A stretch of DNA of 64,000 nt. It comes from Tubiluchus corallicola. Lineage: Eukaryota > Animalia > Priapulida. The translations under genes and the position numbers were made by a program. Shown here piece by piece: positions 24,400 to 38,976 of the stretch; the stretch's first letter is position 1; every line of letters begins with the position of its first letter. The DNA lies in the NCBI GenBank assembly GCA_030141605.1, contig JAQGDQ010000025.1:354907-418906 (forward strand), in the 5' to 3' direction. Below the pieces are notes generated by a model that was not told the origin of the DNA, did no database searches, and saw nothing but the letters and a program-made list of their open reading frames with translations.

Positions 24400-27300
24400 A
24401 TATTACAACCGTTAGACTAGGTAATAACCTGCACCTTACCTTTTAATTTTGGCGCTTGGCAACACCATTAAGAACATTTCAAGACAGATTACGTAAATGA
24501 TTTGCAGAATTAACGCCAAAGCCATATGAATGTTTTATGTTAGTCTGGGGCACTAAATGCTGCGATACCTAGATGCGCAAATACCCATTAACAGATTGCT
24601 GTAATTAATGGGTAATGATGTATCAGCGTACATACTATAAGCTGGTTTCATTAGAGTGTGGGAGAGAGAGAGAGATAAGAGAGAGAGAAAGAGAGAGATG
24701 AGATAAGGACGGGCGATAGTGAGAAAGACAAGTATATAAAAAGGCGAGAACAAGTGGAAAGGCGCTCAGTTGTCAAGAAGGTAAACAGGAGGATAAAAGA
24801 GTAAATTATCCAGAGATCTTAACAACCAAAGCGAGTTGGGTAGTTAAAGAAAATGCCTCCATCATCTGAGACTAGTAGCTTGCTAGTGAGTTATAATCTA
24901 AAAAAGCAAAGCATTTGCACCCACCGATACCAACTCTAAACCCTCCGTGGGGAAAATCGAAATTCGGGCTCCGTTGTGCCCTTGGTATGCATACGTATAC
25001 GTCACCAAAAAGTAACGTCAGCATCGAAAACCGTAGTCATTGTCACGAAGAAATGGCAGAGAAGCAGCGGTTTGAAATTTTTGAAGGTTACCCCCAAAAT
25101 TAAATGACAAAAGTCAAAAAACTCTCCATTTCGTTATTAGTTAGATTATGACTGTGATTGCCAGTGTGTTTATAAATCGCTGTTGGGTGATGTGCTACAA
25201 GGAGCAAATCTCGGGCCTGCTATGTCATGTTGAACTAGAAGTCCCAGGTCTCTGGTTCAAATCCCGACTAGTCCAAAATTTTTCAACGTATATAATTGTT
25301 AACAATAAACCGCTATGGTTTATAAATACTCTGACAATCACGGTCATAATCTAACTAATTAATGATATCGTTAGTTTCCAGCTAATTTGGGAAACTCTCC
25401 TTTTCTCTGTCTACATGCCTGCCAGACCTGATAGTGATTCGATCTTTCATTACGAAGCTCTACCTTTTTTTATTAAGCATGTACAATAGCAAGAACAAAA
25501 ATAACAACGCGAGTAAGTGCTTGGAACCGGACTATGGCCGGTTCAACAACTCACTGCTCGAGTACCTAAGTATAGTACCCATTAAACTGTGAGTAATTAC
25601 CACTCTAGCAATTAATATTAATAGGTCCAAACCTTTGGATACACCTGTGCCTGGTTTCAAGCTAACAATACCCATAAATAAAACAAAAGTTAATCTTTTT
25701 AATAGCACTCGTTAACTGAGCGTTTCGTAACAGATTTCCTATATTAATATTTAATTTGAAAAACGGATGCTATTTGCGTTAGAAGTGGAGCAATGTAGCA
25801 CCTGCTACTCCGCTTATTCGTTACGCAAGCGCAGTCATGGTTACAAAAAAGATGTGAAAAAGGAAAGTTGATATGGTGATTTTTTGTTAATTGTGCAACA
25901 GAGTCCACATCTCCTACAGTAAATTTGGCATATGTATCAATAATCAAAACCAGACCTACAATTTTCATACATGATCGTCTTAAAGGATTGTGTGACCATG
26001 AACCATCTTCAACTTGGATGCGCCATCAATAATTATATAGCTAACTAGCTTATAGCGGCAGATTGCTCACAATAATAATATTTTCATGAGGCACCAGAGA
26101 CTGATGAAGCACTCTTAATAATGCAATGCTTAGTTATAATAGTGACGCTACTTAATTATAGCCTGCGCGTAAACAGGGGAAAATTAACTCACTAGGCTTA
26201 TAAATTTTGCCTCATGATAATGAGGAAAGATGGAGGATGAATAGGACTAAAGAATGTAGATCTGTTTGCATTAATTTAAGATGAACACAAAAAGGCGTGA
26301 TCGCACATTAGGTTTGAGAGATTTTTGCGTCCGTTTGTACCTGAAAAAAGTTTATCAAAGTCAGTAACACGGTAAACAAACAGAAAGTCTGGAAACATCA
26401 GCGGTCTATTACTTTTATTACAAGTATAAGATAATTTTTGCGGGCCGGTGCAGTTATAGTTCATTAGCAAAACCGAGGAAAAAGAAGCAATTATTATATA
26501 ATTCGTTATAGAAAACATTTTTGGCACTTTTTCACTTACATTAAAGAATTTCATTTCAATTTTTATTTTGAAATTTAATTCTATAATTTTAAATACAGAA
26601 TTTCAACGGATTTAGCATTAACTTAGTTGTCAAACCTGAATTTCTGAGTGTTATTTAATTAGGGGATGCTCCCATTGTCCTGTTTTAGTCTTATACCAGC
26701 CGGTAAAAATTCCCGCAAGGACAGTGCGCCACGTAATTATGACTTTTTTCAGGTTACAGTAGACAAAAGCGTATAAGCGTCGTCTGCTTTTTCACACCAA
26801 AATATTTACTTTGTCATTGCAGTTGACAAAAATATTGTTGTAGTAAGTTATAATCAAACATTCCACTCTCGAGTGATTTTATGAATATTTCTTAAACATT
26901 TTTCGTAAACGTTATGCGCGTAATAAGTACTCAGTTACTCGGTTAGTTAAAAGTTCACTTTCATTCAATGACTTTTGTATCAGGAATAAGGTCCCGGTAT
27001 ACCTGCTTCCAATTCTAGGGTGTCCGTGTCATATACATATCCCCATGTTTCTTAGTCTTTACAGTTCAACACTGGAGAAGTCTTTACAGATAAGTTTGCA
27101 GAACTTTTTCGAAACCAATCCATTATGCCCAATATTTGCCCTTTCCCTAAACACCAATATAATTTTTAAAAAAGTTGTGTTATTCCAGATAACATAAAAA
27201 TGTCGTAAGTACGCACAGTTGTGATGTGACCGAAGCTTATACATGACTCTCTGTCGTGAATAAACTCACTAATATTATCTTGTCGTGATTTACATCTTCT

Positions 27301-27435
27301 ATAACAATGCTAATTGGGTCACTGAAGAATGTGCAATGCATGCACGCTTTCACTATAAATCAAACGTTATTTTTACTTGTTTGAAATGGACTAGTAATCT
27401 TTTCTGTCTACAGGTTACTTAACTTAACTGAGAAA

Positions 27436-27541
27436 ATGGCAGAAAAAATAACACTGGTAAAACTGATAGATGGTAAAAACGCTTTAGAAGAACTCGAGAA
27501 AGACGTGTCTAAAGACATATTGAAGATGAGACAAGCAAGAG
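27436..27541 (+). CDS. TOPAZ1: TOPAZ1-like gene, putative first coding exon
   Basis: Acceptor TTTTCTGTCTACAG at 27413, AAAATGG start, open frame MAEKITLVKLIDGKNALEELEKDVSKDILKMRQAR, donor GTGAGG at 27542. Phase 1 fits the 31110 acceptor. Not in the ORF track. Confidence 0.65.
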
Positions 27542-30009
27542 GTGAGGATGAACAGACTAGGAATATATTACATGCTTATTATACTTTATAGCTCTTATTA
27601 ACATAATTTTTTACGGGTACATGTAATACTAAATTTTAAGGCTAGTGTATTTTTTTCTATTTGAACAACGCCATGACATAGATTTTACTTACTTGCCTTG
27701 TTAATTAAAAACATTCAATTTCAATGTCAGTACAGTGACTACAAACGATTATTTTGACAAATACATTGACTACAGTCATAATTATTTTGGCTACTAAATG
27801 TTCATGCTAAAGCTTGTTACTTTTAAGTATAACAATATAAATTTATGTTTCAAATGAGTATATAAAAAGTTAATCACTGAGTAATTATTATCTGGCATTT
27901 TTCTTGGTTTTTGCCTAGATTTTATAATTGAGTGTTTGTTAGTTCCACCTTGCCATTGGGAATTTGTTTTTGAAGTTAGGTAAACTAGACAATTGCCTGG
28001 TTGGTTTTATAAATATTAAAGTTGGCTTTGTTATGCGATTACACTTCACTGCTTGTGACTGACTTGGGATTTTATAATCTCATCGCCTGGAGGTGGCAGC
28101 ATTGTGCAAGCATGTGCAGCAGACTGCACAGTTCTTATAATATCCCTGCATATGCCACCTGCGTAGACTGTATGACAGGCATTCAAGTCACAGGTGCTAA
28201 TTGGCCTGATGATTAAGGTCCTATAAATTATAGTTGTATATGTAAAATTGTAAACTAGTGTAAGAAATTGCCTTTATTTGCAGTAAAATGTGGTCTACTG
28301 CAAGCTGACATTTGCTGTTCTTATAACCCATATTTGGTTGAAAAACAGAAGGAATTAATGAAGTCTTGTGAACAGACCAGCAAAACAATCATGCAAAGTA
28401 GTCAAGAATTTGGGGGCAGAACAGAATAACTGCTGATGTATCACTATATTAATTTTGCCAACTGTTGCTCTACTGTAGTTAGTAATGTGCTGAGTATTAT
28501 TAAATATTTTTGCTGCTAATATGATTTCTGTTGACATATTTTTGAAGTCATACCTTTTTATATCTGTATAATACTTTTTAATATCCATAATTATTATGTT
28601 TTGGAAACTAATGTTATTAGTAATTTAATAATTATTAGTAATCTTTAATTAATGTTATTGAGATAGAAGAATAAATTCTTTTTTTTTCAATTTTTGTGTG
28701 TCTATGTCTATTTGTGTAATATGTATAAGGATAATGCGTAGTACTGCTGTAACCTACAATTGTCAGATTTGATCTTCTTCCTCGAATAGAGCAATGCGTT
28801 TAGCATTAATGCAAGCACTATGTGCTAATTTATATGTATATTAAGCAAAAATTTGCATTATTAAACTGAATAACAAGTTTTTAAATTAACATATTTAACA
28901 AACTAACAAATTAACATAGGTTGATACTGCTACTACTATAAGGCAATAATAAGATATTCTACTCGGGTAACTTGTAAGTGAAGAGATTTCAATATGATAC
29001 AAAATTGTATAAAAATTTTGACTGGTATAACACGGTCCTTTGTAAATAGGGAGAGAAAGAAAGAGCAAGAGAAAGAAGTGGGGAGAAAGATGTCTTGTTA
29101 AAGACTGAATGTAGGAGATGCTGTAAGTACTTATGTGAGATACATAATAAAAGAAATGTTAATTATTTCATCACGCGTATTCATTTCGTCCTTCAACTGA
29201 CAGCCAGTTGTTTTAGTCCATGACGGTAATGGTTGTCTTCTTTTTCTTCTGTTTTACTAAACATTTTTTGTAGGCAAACTAGACATAAAGCTTTTGTCCT
29301 TTGTTGGAGCACCCCACTGCAGCCAAAATTTTCAACTTCTGTGATAATATTGTTAGGTTGTTCTCATCTGTTGTAAATCTTTATTATCTATATAACGTTT
29401 AAGAAAAATCCTACTGGTGTAATTTCTGACAATCTTATTAAATGTTCTATCCATCTTAGCAATCTGATTTTGATTTTAGTGCTCCAATCTTGTTCTTTGC
29501 TTCTGTTGTACAGGTGCTCATTTGAATATATGCCAATTTCTGCTTCCTGCGTTGCAGTCGAGCCCCATTACAGTTGTCAATACAGTACACAAATTTTCAT
29601 TAGAAATATCGACAAGAAACACCGACAAAATTGAATATTAATAATTATTGGTGCGTACTTTTTCGGAGATGTTACTGTTTGTAACAAACAGTGAATGTAT
29701 CGTGATTGCAAAGCAGAAGCGTGGTCGTCGAGTTATGGCATACGCGTGGTTTTGTAATGGTTTATTAGCTTTAATAAGTACACGCGTTTGCTGTTTTTGA
29801 ATCGTATAGCAAGAGCTTAGTAAATGAGTGGTAACTTGGATAAATGCTTGTGTTTGATGTTTCCTGCAAGCTCTGGTGGTCAGCTTGTTCTAAGCGCGAT
29901 TAATAGTGGAACTTGAATTGATCATGATCAAAGCATGACTGATTGTGTCCTGATTAGAATACGCCTTAAGCTTATCCATGAAACTGAAGTCGCGTACGTT
30001 GGTAGTTAT

Positions 30010-30080
30010 TAGGGCTGTAACGATACACCTACGTCACGATACGATACATTACGCAAGACTAACCTCATGATACGATACAC
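30010..30080 (+). mobile_element. Isolated terminus of a hAT-like non-autonomous DNA transposon
   Basis: TAGGGCTGTAACGATAC followed by subterminal CGATA(C) repeats; the matching end was not found. Confidence 0.45.
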
Positions 30081-31109
30081 ATTGAGTTAACGTTTGCACG
30101 CTTTAATAAAAAAAACCTAGATTAAGATGTTATTCAATACACGAACGGAAGGAATGAAATTTTAGGCATTTGCAATAATACAGGAACAAAACAAATGAAA
30201 TTTTGAAAAACTAATGACTTTTCACAAAAATCAACAGCAACAAAACTTATAACAATGTTCTGAATAGTTAATAATAAATAAAATTAGCATGTTAGCATAA
30301 AATTACAGACCCAACTGTGAGACATCTTGACATACAATAACGGAAACATGTGAAACCATCTGGCAGTCAAACAGATCGCAAGGAATACATACAGGACCTT
30401 ATGTTTAAAAAAAGCTGTTAAAGACAGTGACTAGAGGTACAGATCCATACAACATACAATGCTTGCATCAGCTTGACACTACCGGTTTCTTAGATGCAAG
30501 TCAAATACACACACACACTAATGTGTATATTTTAAAACTGTGAATTTTTAAAACTGAGTTAGTGATTGCTATTATAATGAAAATATTCAAATTTGTGCTG
30601 TTATATCCGATAAAACACGGTAAAGCACTTTTTAAAAGCTACCCACAAGTGTCTGTTTCCTATGCCAGACAGTGCAGTAGCGCTGGAAAAAGATTATCTG
30701 GACCATTATCTGGGTGGGTGGGTGGTTGTGGGTGTGGGTGTGTGTGTCGGTGTGTGTGTGCGTGCGTGCATGCGTAGGGCGCAGGTCGTGTAGCAGTCAG
30801 AAGCTGTGTTACGTTTAAGGAAGGGGCGGCCAACTTGGTACTACACTGGGCGGCCGAACTCCACACTACGCCGCTGAGTATAAGTACATTTTATTACTAT
30901 ACAAAGACACCACGTATTACAATTTTAATAGGTTTCTAAACATAGCTATAGGCATGCCATTTTATAAAATGTTGCAAAATAAAAGCATTGCAGGCCTACG
31001 CTATGAATGTAGGAACTGTCTTTTACTAGCAGATATTGTACTTATCATATTTATTAAATGACTCTGCAATAAATATAAATCCTCAGAAGTTTTGTTTAAT
31101 TTCTAACAG

Positions 31110-32999
31110 TGACTGCAAAAATGAGAACATCAAGAGCAAGAAGCAAAGCAAGGAAACACAAAAAAGGTCTGGCTGCTGTACCTGAGAAAACTGCGTCACA
31201 GTTACAGGTAAAGGATAAGGAGGAAGATGCAGAGAGAAGAAACAAAATGCTGGAAAATGCTGCTGAAGCAAACCATTGTACTGAAACTGATCAATGCACG
31301 TGCAACGATCTTTTCAAAGTTGTAGATCAGTGGTCACTTACCACATTTGAGAAAATGCCTGTCAGACCAGATTGGTATGTGTCTATGAAAAGTCCAATGG
31401 TCCTTCTTGATGTTGCGTTCATTGAGAGTTTGCTACCGAAGGAAAAACAAACTCCTAGCACTAGTGAACCAGTAAAGACTAAAGCCCAGCCAGAGAAGAA
31501 ACTTGTGCAGATGCCACTTGTTGATAGTACCAGTAAAGGCGAAACTAGAAGCAAAGACGAGTGTAGGCAGAACTCACTGCACACTTTGCCTTGTGGTAGT
31601 ACTGTTAACAATAATAAAGACAGTACTAAGGCAATGAAACGCAAAGATCATTATGAGATTGAATCTGTGAACATAACACCTGGTGATTGTAATAGTAAGC
31701 CTCGCAGTTTTGCTAGAGCTGCAAAAACCAAATGCCAATATGTGAGGAAATCTGTGAGGCTGTCACCTGTTTGTAGAAATAGTAACAGAACTCAGACACC
31801 AAAAATGAAAAATCAGCACAAGAAGAAATCTGAGAAGTCGTTTAATGATAGTAAAATTAATGATGATGTCAGCAGTATCAAAGTAGCTAAGTCTAAAAGC
31901 CAGTTGGAGAGGAAATCTGTGAAGACGTCACCTCTTGGTAGATTTAAGAGTAGTAATAACAAAAGTAAAACAATGAAGGACAAAGATCAGCTTGTCGAAA
32001 AATCTGTGAAGACGTCACTTGTTGAGAGTGAAATTAAGGATAATACTAGCACTGCCAAAGCAGCAGAAGTGTTAGAGAAGAAGCCTGTAGAATTATCACC
32101 TACTGGTAGTGCTGGTAAGGCTGATGCCAAGAGTGACGAGGTAGAAATATCTTATCTTGATAGCACTACAGAAGATTATATCAACATTGACTCCAAGGAC
32201 ATTACTAAAGGCAATACCAGACTTGGCAAGGCACAGTTGTCACCGCCGATCAGTATTTCAAAATTAAGAGCAAGTTTCAAGTTTCGGAATTCTTCAACGG
32301 GTACTAAAAACATGAGAAACTTGACTCTGAAGACGGCATGGCGACAGAACAATATACGTGGGCATTTGAATGAGACAGTAAAACATAAGTCTGTTGAAAA
32401 GAAACATAATCTTATATCCTATCAAAGAGAATGTCATGCAGCGAACAGGAAAATGATTAAGAAGTCTTTTGGGAAATGCAAACCATTTAAATCTTTGTAT
32501 GCCAAGTTGATTTCAAAAGCAGTGTTGCACACTGTAAGACAATCGCGGAACAAGAAAAGCAGAAAACTGCTCTCATTTTGTAAGATGAAAGTTAAAAAAG
32601 GTCAAGCAAACCAAAAATCTTTAGCAACAAAAATTTCTGCTAAAGCTGCTATAAAAACAGCGAGAACTAAAAACAACATGGAGAAGAAATCATGGAAGAC
32701 GGGAATGTCACCTTTTGATAACTCTCTTGGTGATGATACCGAGAGTAGCAAAGCAGATGCATTGCATGTTGACAGCATTGACACTGATGTTTCGCAATAT
32801 CTTGAGAAACAGTCTAAGCAGCAGCAGATTTTCTATTTCAAACACAAAAGTAGTAGTAAGCCTTCATCAAAAAATGTCAATGATTTGCATTTGGAAAATT
32901 ACTGTGCAATTGTAAATTTAGAAAGTGTACCCAAAAGTGGCAGTCAAATTTCAGATGGAAATACAGAGAAACCTTCTGACATCAAAAGTATTTGTACAG
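31110..32999 (+). CDS. TOPAZ1: TOPAZ1-like exon (1890 nt), Lys/Ser-rich disordered region
   Basis: 631-codon ORF; acceptor TTTCTAACAG at 31109; donor GTTAGT at 33000; phases 1/1. Confidence 0.88.
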
Positions 33000-33528
33000 G
33001 TTAGTATTATTTAAAATTAATGTGTTTTCATTAATATTTATTTACTTGCTTTAGATGTTTTGTAAAGTATTTCAACTCTTGTCCTAAATGAATGTTAGGT
33101 TATGAAACAGGCTCATTGAATTGGGAACAATAACAGATTTAATTAATTATTACATTGGACCTTGAATGATTTGGAAAACTGAGAATCTCTTTCGTCGTAT
33201 TTGTAGATTACATGCTAGCAACATGCTTTCAGCTTGTACCATTAAAAAGTTTGTAAGCAGTATGTATGATGTAACCAATTGCAGCATCAGTTTACTGCAC
33301 ATATTTGTTTAGTTACGCAAATGGGTGTACATGACTTGTGAAAGAATGCGATGTGCACCATGACAGTTATTTTTGGATCATCCTCAGTCCGCATTAACTT
33401 TAAGAATTCTGGGGTGATCTTAACAAATACTTTGATTCACAAGTATAACATATATTAGAAGCAGGCAAATATGAATATCCCTTAAAATTACTAGCAAGTG
33501 ACTGAACTCGATTTTATTTTTTTTCCAG

Positions 33529-36500
33529 GCAAAATTTTTGACTCACTTCACCTTGAAGCAGTTCATAGCACAAATGATGAAGACGATTTTATCGGTGAAA
33601 TTGGAAAACTACCAGAAAATTCTATCATGAACAGTACAGATGCTGACAACCCTGTTAGCACACTTGCATCAATTAGTAATCTGAAATCTGTTGTATGTGC
33701 TGGTGACTGTACTCAAAGTGACGATTGTGCAGAAAGAGAATTCCCTAGAAACGATGAATTTTCTGTGCCAAGTAGTAGTATTTTGATCCCTATGCCACCG
33801 CCATTGATAGGTCTGTGTTCAGATTCAAATGATGATACTAGTGAGCAGCTTTCTGAAAGTCGACTTTATGGTTCGTCTCAACAAGGAAATAGAAAAATTA
33901 AAACTGAATTAGATGCACATGCTAATGTGGATGATGAGTGGATTGAACTTTTGCAAAGTATTGATGAAGAACTAAGAAAAAGTTTGGCAAGTAACCTACC
34001 TGTTGTTGATATCCAAGGATTTGCAGGCGTTGATGATGATGACAGTATCCAGGTGGATTCACAACATGTTGACAGTTTCATTTCTGTTGACTGCAACGAA
34101 GAGAATGTACTAGATGTCGCTAAGTATCCCCAAGTTCCACATTTGCATCTTTGTAGAAGCCTCGAAGCGTCTAATGATTCCTCCACAGGTGCTAATGTTG
34201 ACAAAATAAGTAGCAAAAAATATTTTATAGAACTATCACCACCACTACCGTTTTTGTTAGATGATGATAATGAAGGCAACGAGGTCAGTATTTCTAGCCA
34301 GGCAGCTCATTCTGATGTAAATTGTAGTGCATCTTGCTTAACAGAAGAATTAGATCACGTTAATGGCAAAGAAAGCTTCGGTGATCTCTGTGGAGATAAA
34401 AAAAAATTCACACACTCTGAAGGACCATTTGTACATGATAATGTGAATGACGACCTTGATGGGATAGATCAGCATAATGAAATTAACCATTTGGTTCAAG
34501 GTTATGAACAGGATCTGGTGCCTAAAGAAAGCGAAATTTCAAAGATAAATTTAACAAGTGAGTATTTGTATAACGAATGTGAAAACACTTCGACTAATGA
34601 TTTGTATGATATGTGTCAGACAAAGTCATTAAGAAATAGTTCAAATATATCTAGTGATTCAAAACTAAGATCTTCTGATTTTTATATGAAGAGTCGAAAT
34701 GGATTAAAGTCAATTATTTCCATCGAATCACAAAATAATATAAATGATATGGATACACCTTTTGTAACTGGAGACAATGCAGACATAACCATACAGTGTG
34801 GCAGTGCTGAAAATGCCCAGCAGTTAGCTCATAAAGGTAAAACTTTTAGTAAAGAAATGGACACTAAGGTTGAAAACAGTTGCATTTTACCAAGACAAAA
34901 GGATCAATGCTTGTTGCCATTACCTCACTCACTAGAAAGTGAGGTATATTTTCAACCAGATTATGAAAGCCCTGATGAAAGTGGTCATGAATATGGGCAA
35001 AATGAAATCACAACTTTTGCAGGTAACGTGACAAAAGCCGCACCGAGGGACATATCTATGAATGTGATTGATGATGATAATGATTCTGTGGAAAGTACTG
35101 GTGTTTTGGTTTCTGGCGTGATAAGGAAATTAAATAATAGCTCTTCTGAGGAAATATGTGACTCATCTGTAACCCAAATACTTACCTCTCCAGAAGAAGT
35201 CAGCACTATAGGAGATCTAAAAGTTTCTGGTGATTCGAAAAGTAAGCAAAAGATTAGCAAAAAAGTCTCACTCAAAAGAAAACTGGTTAGTGATTCGGTT
35301 TCTATACCTATGAAACGAAAACAGGTAACAGCTAGGGAGAATACTTGTAACAAACAGACCTGTCATGATACTGCTGAAGGAGCTGGCAATGGCTTCTTTG
35401 ATCACTCTGGCACTGATATTAAAAAAACATGTAATACAGAACAGAAATTGCAAAATATTGAAAAAGAAAAATGTCAAGCAATGGAACAAGATATCAGGAA
35501 TCTACATGGGAGACAATTTGTAGATGTAAAATCTATACAGCAGTTTGCCACCAAAGCTCGTTTCCTTTGGGCAACAAAGAGACAAAATATCCATAATCTT
35601 TCTTCAAAAATGTTGCATTCTAGAGAAGGTGCCGAATCATCAAGTTTAAACGAGTCAATCTCTCCTGCTGTTCCTAGTCCAGGTACATTAAAAAAGAATG
35701 CCATTGCAAGTGATCATAGCTATGTATCAAAACTATCATTAGAGAATGAAGCCGAAATTGGCAAGGATAAATTAATGCGTAAGATATCTGATGACTTAAA
35801 CAAAAATCCTTTTTCTGATTCTGAAGACAAAAATGATTTTGGCAAGAGTGAAGATGACAGATTATCAATTACGGTCCCTTCTGATGAAGATTCGTTGTTT
35901 AGTTGCAACAGTGAAGATGAAAATTCTGCAGTAGGTGAAGCAAGGGAAGAAGGAGTTATGCAAAACACCTCAGAGAACTCTTGCATCACAGAGTCATTGA
36001 TCACTTTTAGTAGCGAAAGTTCTGGGAATCTTGGACAACATGGAGACACAGAGAACATAAATCTGGATTCAGAGTTTGGTCAAGATGGCATCGTACATCA
36101 GGCTAAGTCTTTGTTACCTGTTGTGAGATTTGTAAACAAGCCTGGTTCTTATAAAGAAAGGCAGTCTCAAAATATTCCAAAAAGCTTAATAGATGAACCC
36201 AGCCGTTTTGCGGAACCTCGGCTGAATGACAGCTGTACAGAAGCTAAATATTCAGATGCTCATGTTCCGCTGGATACAGCCATTTTTCCTGAGACTGAGC
36301 AATGTTTTCCTTTGAACAGGATTCCTACTGATGAACAATGTACTGCAGATAATGGCAAAGTAAGTTATTGTCTTCCTACAGGCAAGAAGAAAAATTTTCA
36401 AGGAGAGCGTTGCGTGTTTTATTCAAAATGTGGTTGGTGTGCAAACGAAGATAGGTGTTCTTTTCCACACATTGAACCGAACACCAGGCAGCCTGCAAGA

Positions 36501-36874
36501 TTTGTTGTTCAAAAGTTACAGTTCAATTTGAAAAAGTTTTTAAACCATTGTCGTGCTAGGGACAGTAAGAACGTGTTTGCAATTTACCAAGATGTATTGA
36601 GCAAGGGAACCATTGCAGAAAAGCGAAAGCACTTTCCTGTGATGATCAAGCCTTTGATAGAACTGTGTTTAAAAGAACGACTTTATACGAAGCTTGTGAA
36701 AGTTGTGAATCGCTATGAGAATGTTTTACCAATGAGTGCTGCTTTGATCAGTGATTTGATGGTTAAGTGTTGCAAAGATCGTTATGGTATGCCGGAAGCG
36801 GTAATTTTCTTGTTTGGCATTATCAAAAGGAAGGCATTGCAAGTCAGCGACGAAGCATTTAAAGCTGCATTTGA
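33529..36874 (+). CDS. TOPAZ1: TOPAZ1-like exon (3346 nt), acidic disordered region plus CCCH zinc finger
   Basis: 1126-codon ORF; acceptor T(n)CCAG at 33528; donor GTAAGT at 36875; C-x8-C-x5-C-x3-H finger at 36411-36470. Confidence 0.92.
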
Positions 36875-37179
36875 GTAAGTAAAATCTTACGAATGTTATT
36901 CGTAATGTGGCACTTTTGTCTATAAACAAAAAACGAATTGGCCAATGCTGCCTGAAGGTATTAAAATAAACTTGTAATAGATTGATCTTGTGGGTGCAGT
37001 AATCGAGGAAATCTCTCACAAGTGCAATAAAAATTAACTGAGTTTACTTTCTGTTGCTATTTTTTATTTTTTTTTGTGATAGTTATGGCACAAATGTATG
37101 AGTAAAATTGCGTATTTTCTTTCATATATGTTCGTGTAACTGTCTTGTATTGTCTTATAATTCTTTGCCTTTTTGACAG

Positions 37180-37378
37180 GATGTTTCTGAAAACACGGAA
37201 CTTCTCGTGCTTTTGGCAGCTGGTCGATCATACACTAGCTGTCAAAGAGTACATTGTCCCTCTAGCCATCAGTCAACAAGCTATTGCTGAAAGCATCTCT
37301 CATCGAGCTCACATAGGACAGGCTGTATCACTCTTAGCTAAGATGCCGGCTGAGCACCTGCGAAACATTGACAATCGG
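37180..37378 (+). CDS. TOPAZ1: TOPAZ1-like exon
   Basis: Acceptor TTTTGACAG, donor GTAATA, phases 2/0; MFLKTRNFSCFWQLVDHTL... Confidence 0.85.
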
Positions 37379-37500
37379 GTAATAGAATAGAGTAGAATAG
37401 AACAAATTTGTTTAACAACAATTGATCATCGAATTATTACAATGCCAATTACAACTGCAAATTAATACAATTTTTAACATTTTTTCATGCATTTATGTAG

Positions 37501-37683
37501 TTGCTACACTCCTTGTTTAATGCTGTTTCCGAGATGGGAGTTCCTCACTTTGTAGCATCGGTGGAAAAAGCTTTAATGGACAGAGTGTATTTGTGCCACA
37601 AGCTGGTGAAAAGTCAGTTACAGCATACAGAAGAAGGACGATTTAGTGAAGAGACTCATTCAACTACTGAAGTAACACTTCAT
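37501..37683 (+). CDS. TOPAZ1: TOPAZ1-like exon
   Basis: Acceptor at 37500; donor GTGAGC at 37684 (an in-phase alternative GTAACA lies at 37672); phases 0/0. Confidence 0.78.
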
Positions 37684-38673
37684 GTGAGCAAATGCATTTC
37701 TCAAGCTCTTTCTTATTTTTCTTAAGTCACAAGTTCTCTTCACTAAAGTACACTATAACTTAGGAAAATGGTATAAAACATATAACGATTTAACTGAATT
37801 GGTGCCAGTATGTTTGTTGACTTAGGACAGTTAATTTAAGCCTTATATGGGCTTGCATTAACACAAGTAAAACAAGAGGTTACCGAGAAGATTTTAAAGG
37901 TGTTGAAATCACAATATTTCAAAGCCTTTATAGGTTTTATCACCAGTTTGAAATGTTGCAGCAGTTGAGTAGTGGGGATTTTACAGGAGGTTACTGAGTA
38001 TGCTCGCCTATTTCTTTTAGAAATTTCAGTATACGTACCTAAAATATAGTGTACTCACTTCTCTTAAGAGTATACACCATATTCCCAAATAATAATTATT
38101 TAAGATGTTATTAAGTGTGCCTTGAAACCAACACATGTCTGCTAGGTGTGACCTGTTTAAATGGCTGACTGATTATATGCTTTGAACATGTTTTTCTTGA
38201 TCTTCCGTCATTTTATAATTTCATAAACTTTATTGTCTAAAATTTTCTCAGTCATATAAGGCCAAGTCTTCCAGACAGTGATGGGACATATAATGATATA
38301 TACATATATATGCATCATATAGGCTTACCAATACATTAAATGGTCAACAACTTCGGGGTAGAGGTGTGGTTGTGCTTGCCTCCCTCCGCTTCCAACTCCC
38401 ACCAAGTTAGACTTTGTGGATAGTATACCCTTCTCCACATTTACCACTACAGCACTCTGTTTTACATTTACGGGCATAGGTGGATATTTGTCTATTAAAT
38501 TATTTCGGTACATTCCTGTAACCGACTGTATTTCCATTTGATGGTGAAACCCGTATTCATTAACACTTTTTAAATCACATCCCTAACCATTTATATTATA
38601 GTGGTCTTGCCATTCAGAGTGTATTGTATTTTGTGAACACAGTGTTTTGCTTCATTAGTGTAATTTGTTTTAG

Positions 38674-38824
38674 GACATGATTGCATCGAAAAACTGGAAT
38701 AGTGTTGCCATTCTACTAAAGTTTGAACGAGATCCGAATAGCATCAGAACTCTGTATGATGCTGTTATACTGAATGAACCGCTGATCGCTGTTACATTTA
38801 CCAAGTTTCTAAATGGAGTTAATA
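38674..38824 (+). CDS. TOPAZ1: TOPAZ1-like exon
   Basis: Acceptor TTGTTTTAG, donor GTAAGG, phases 0/1; DMIASKNWNSVAILL... Confidence 0.82.
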
Positions 38825-38976
38825 GTAAGGCTGTTTTGTTTTGTAAAAAAAAATCACTCTTACTTTTACATTTGCTTATCACGTCGCCTCTGCATTATTT
38901 ACCATGTTATTTTGCATCTTTTAATATTCCAAAAACTTGCTGAATCTGGTGAGACATCTGTTTTTTTTTGTTTTAG

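Noticed and set aside
29250-29600. Possible minus-strand LINE endonuclease relic (VMGLDCNA..., NKGQKLL)
   Set aside because: Only two weak motif matches; too degenerate to call without a profile search.
31083-37019. Antisense ORFs overlapping the large TOPAZ1 exons
   Set aside because: Shadow ORFs of the long + strand coding sequence.
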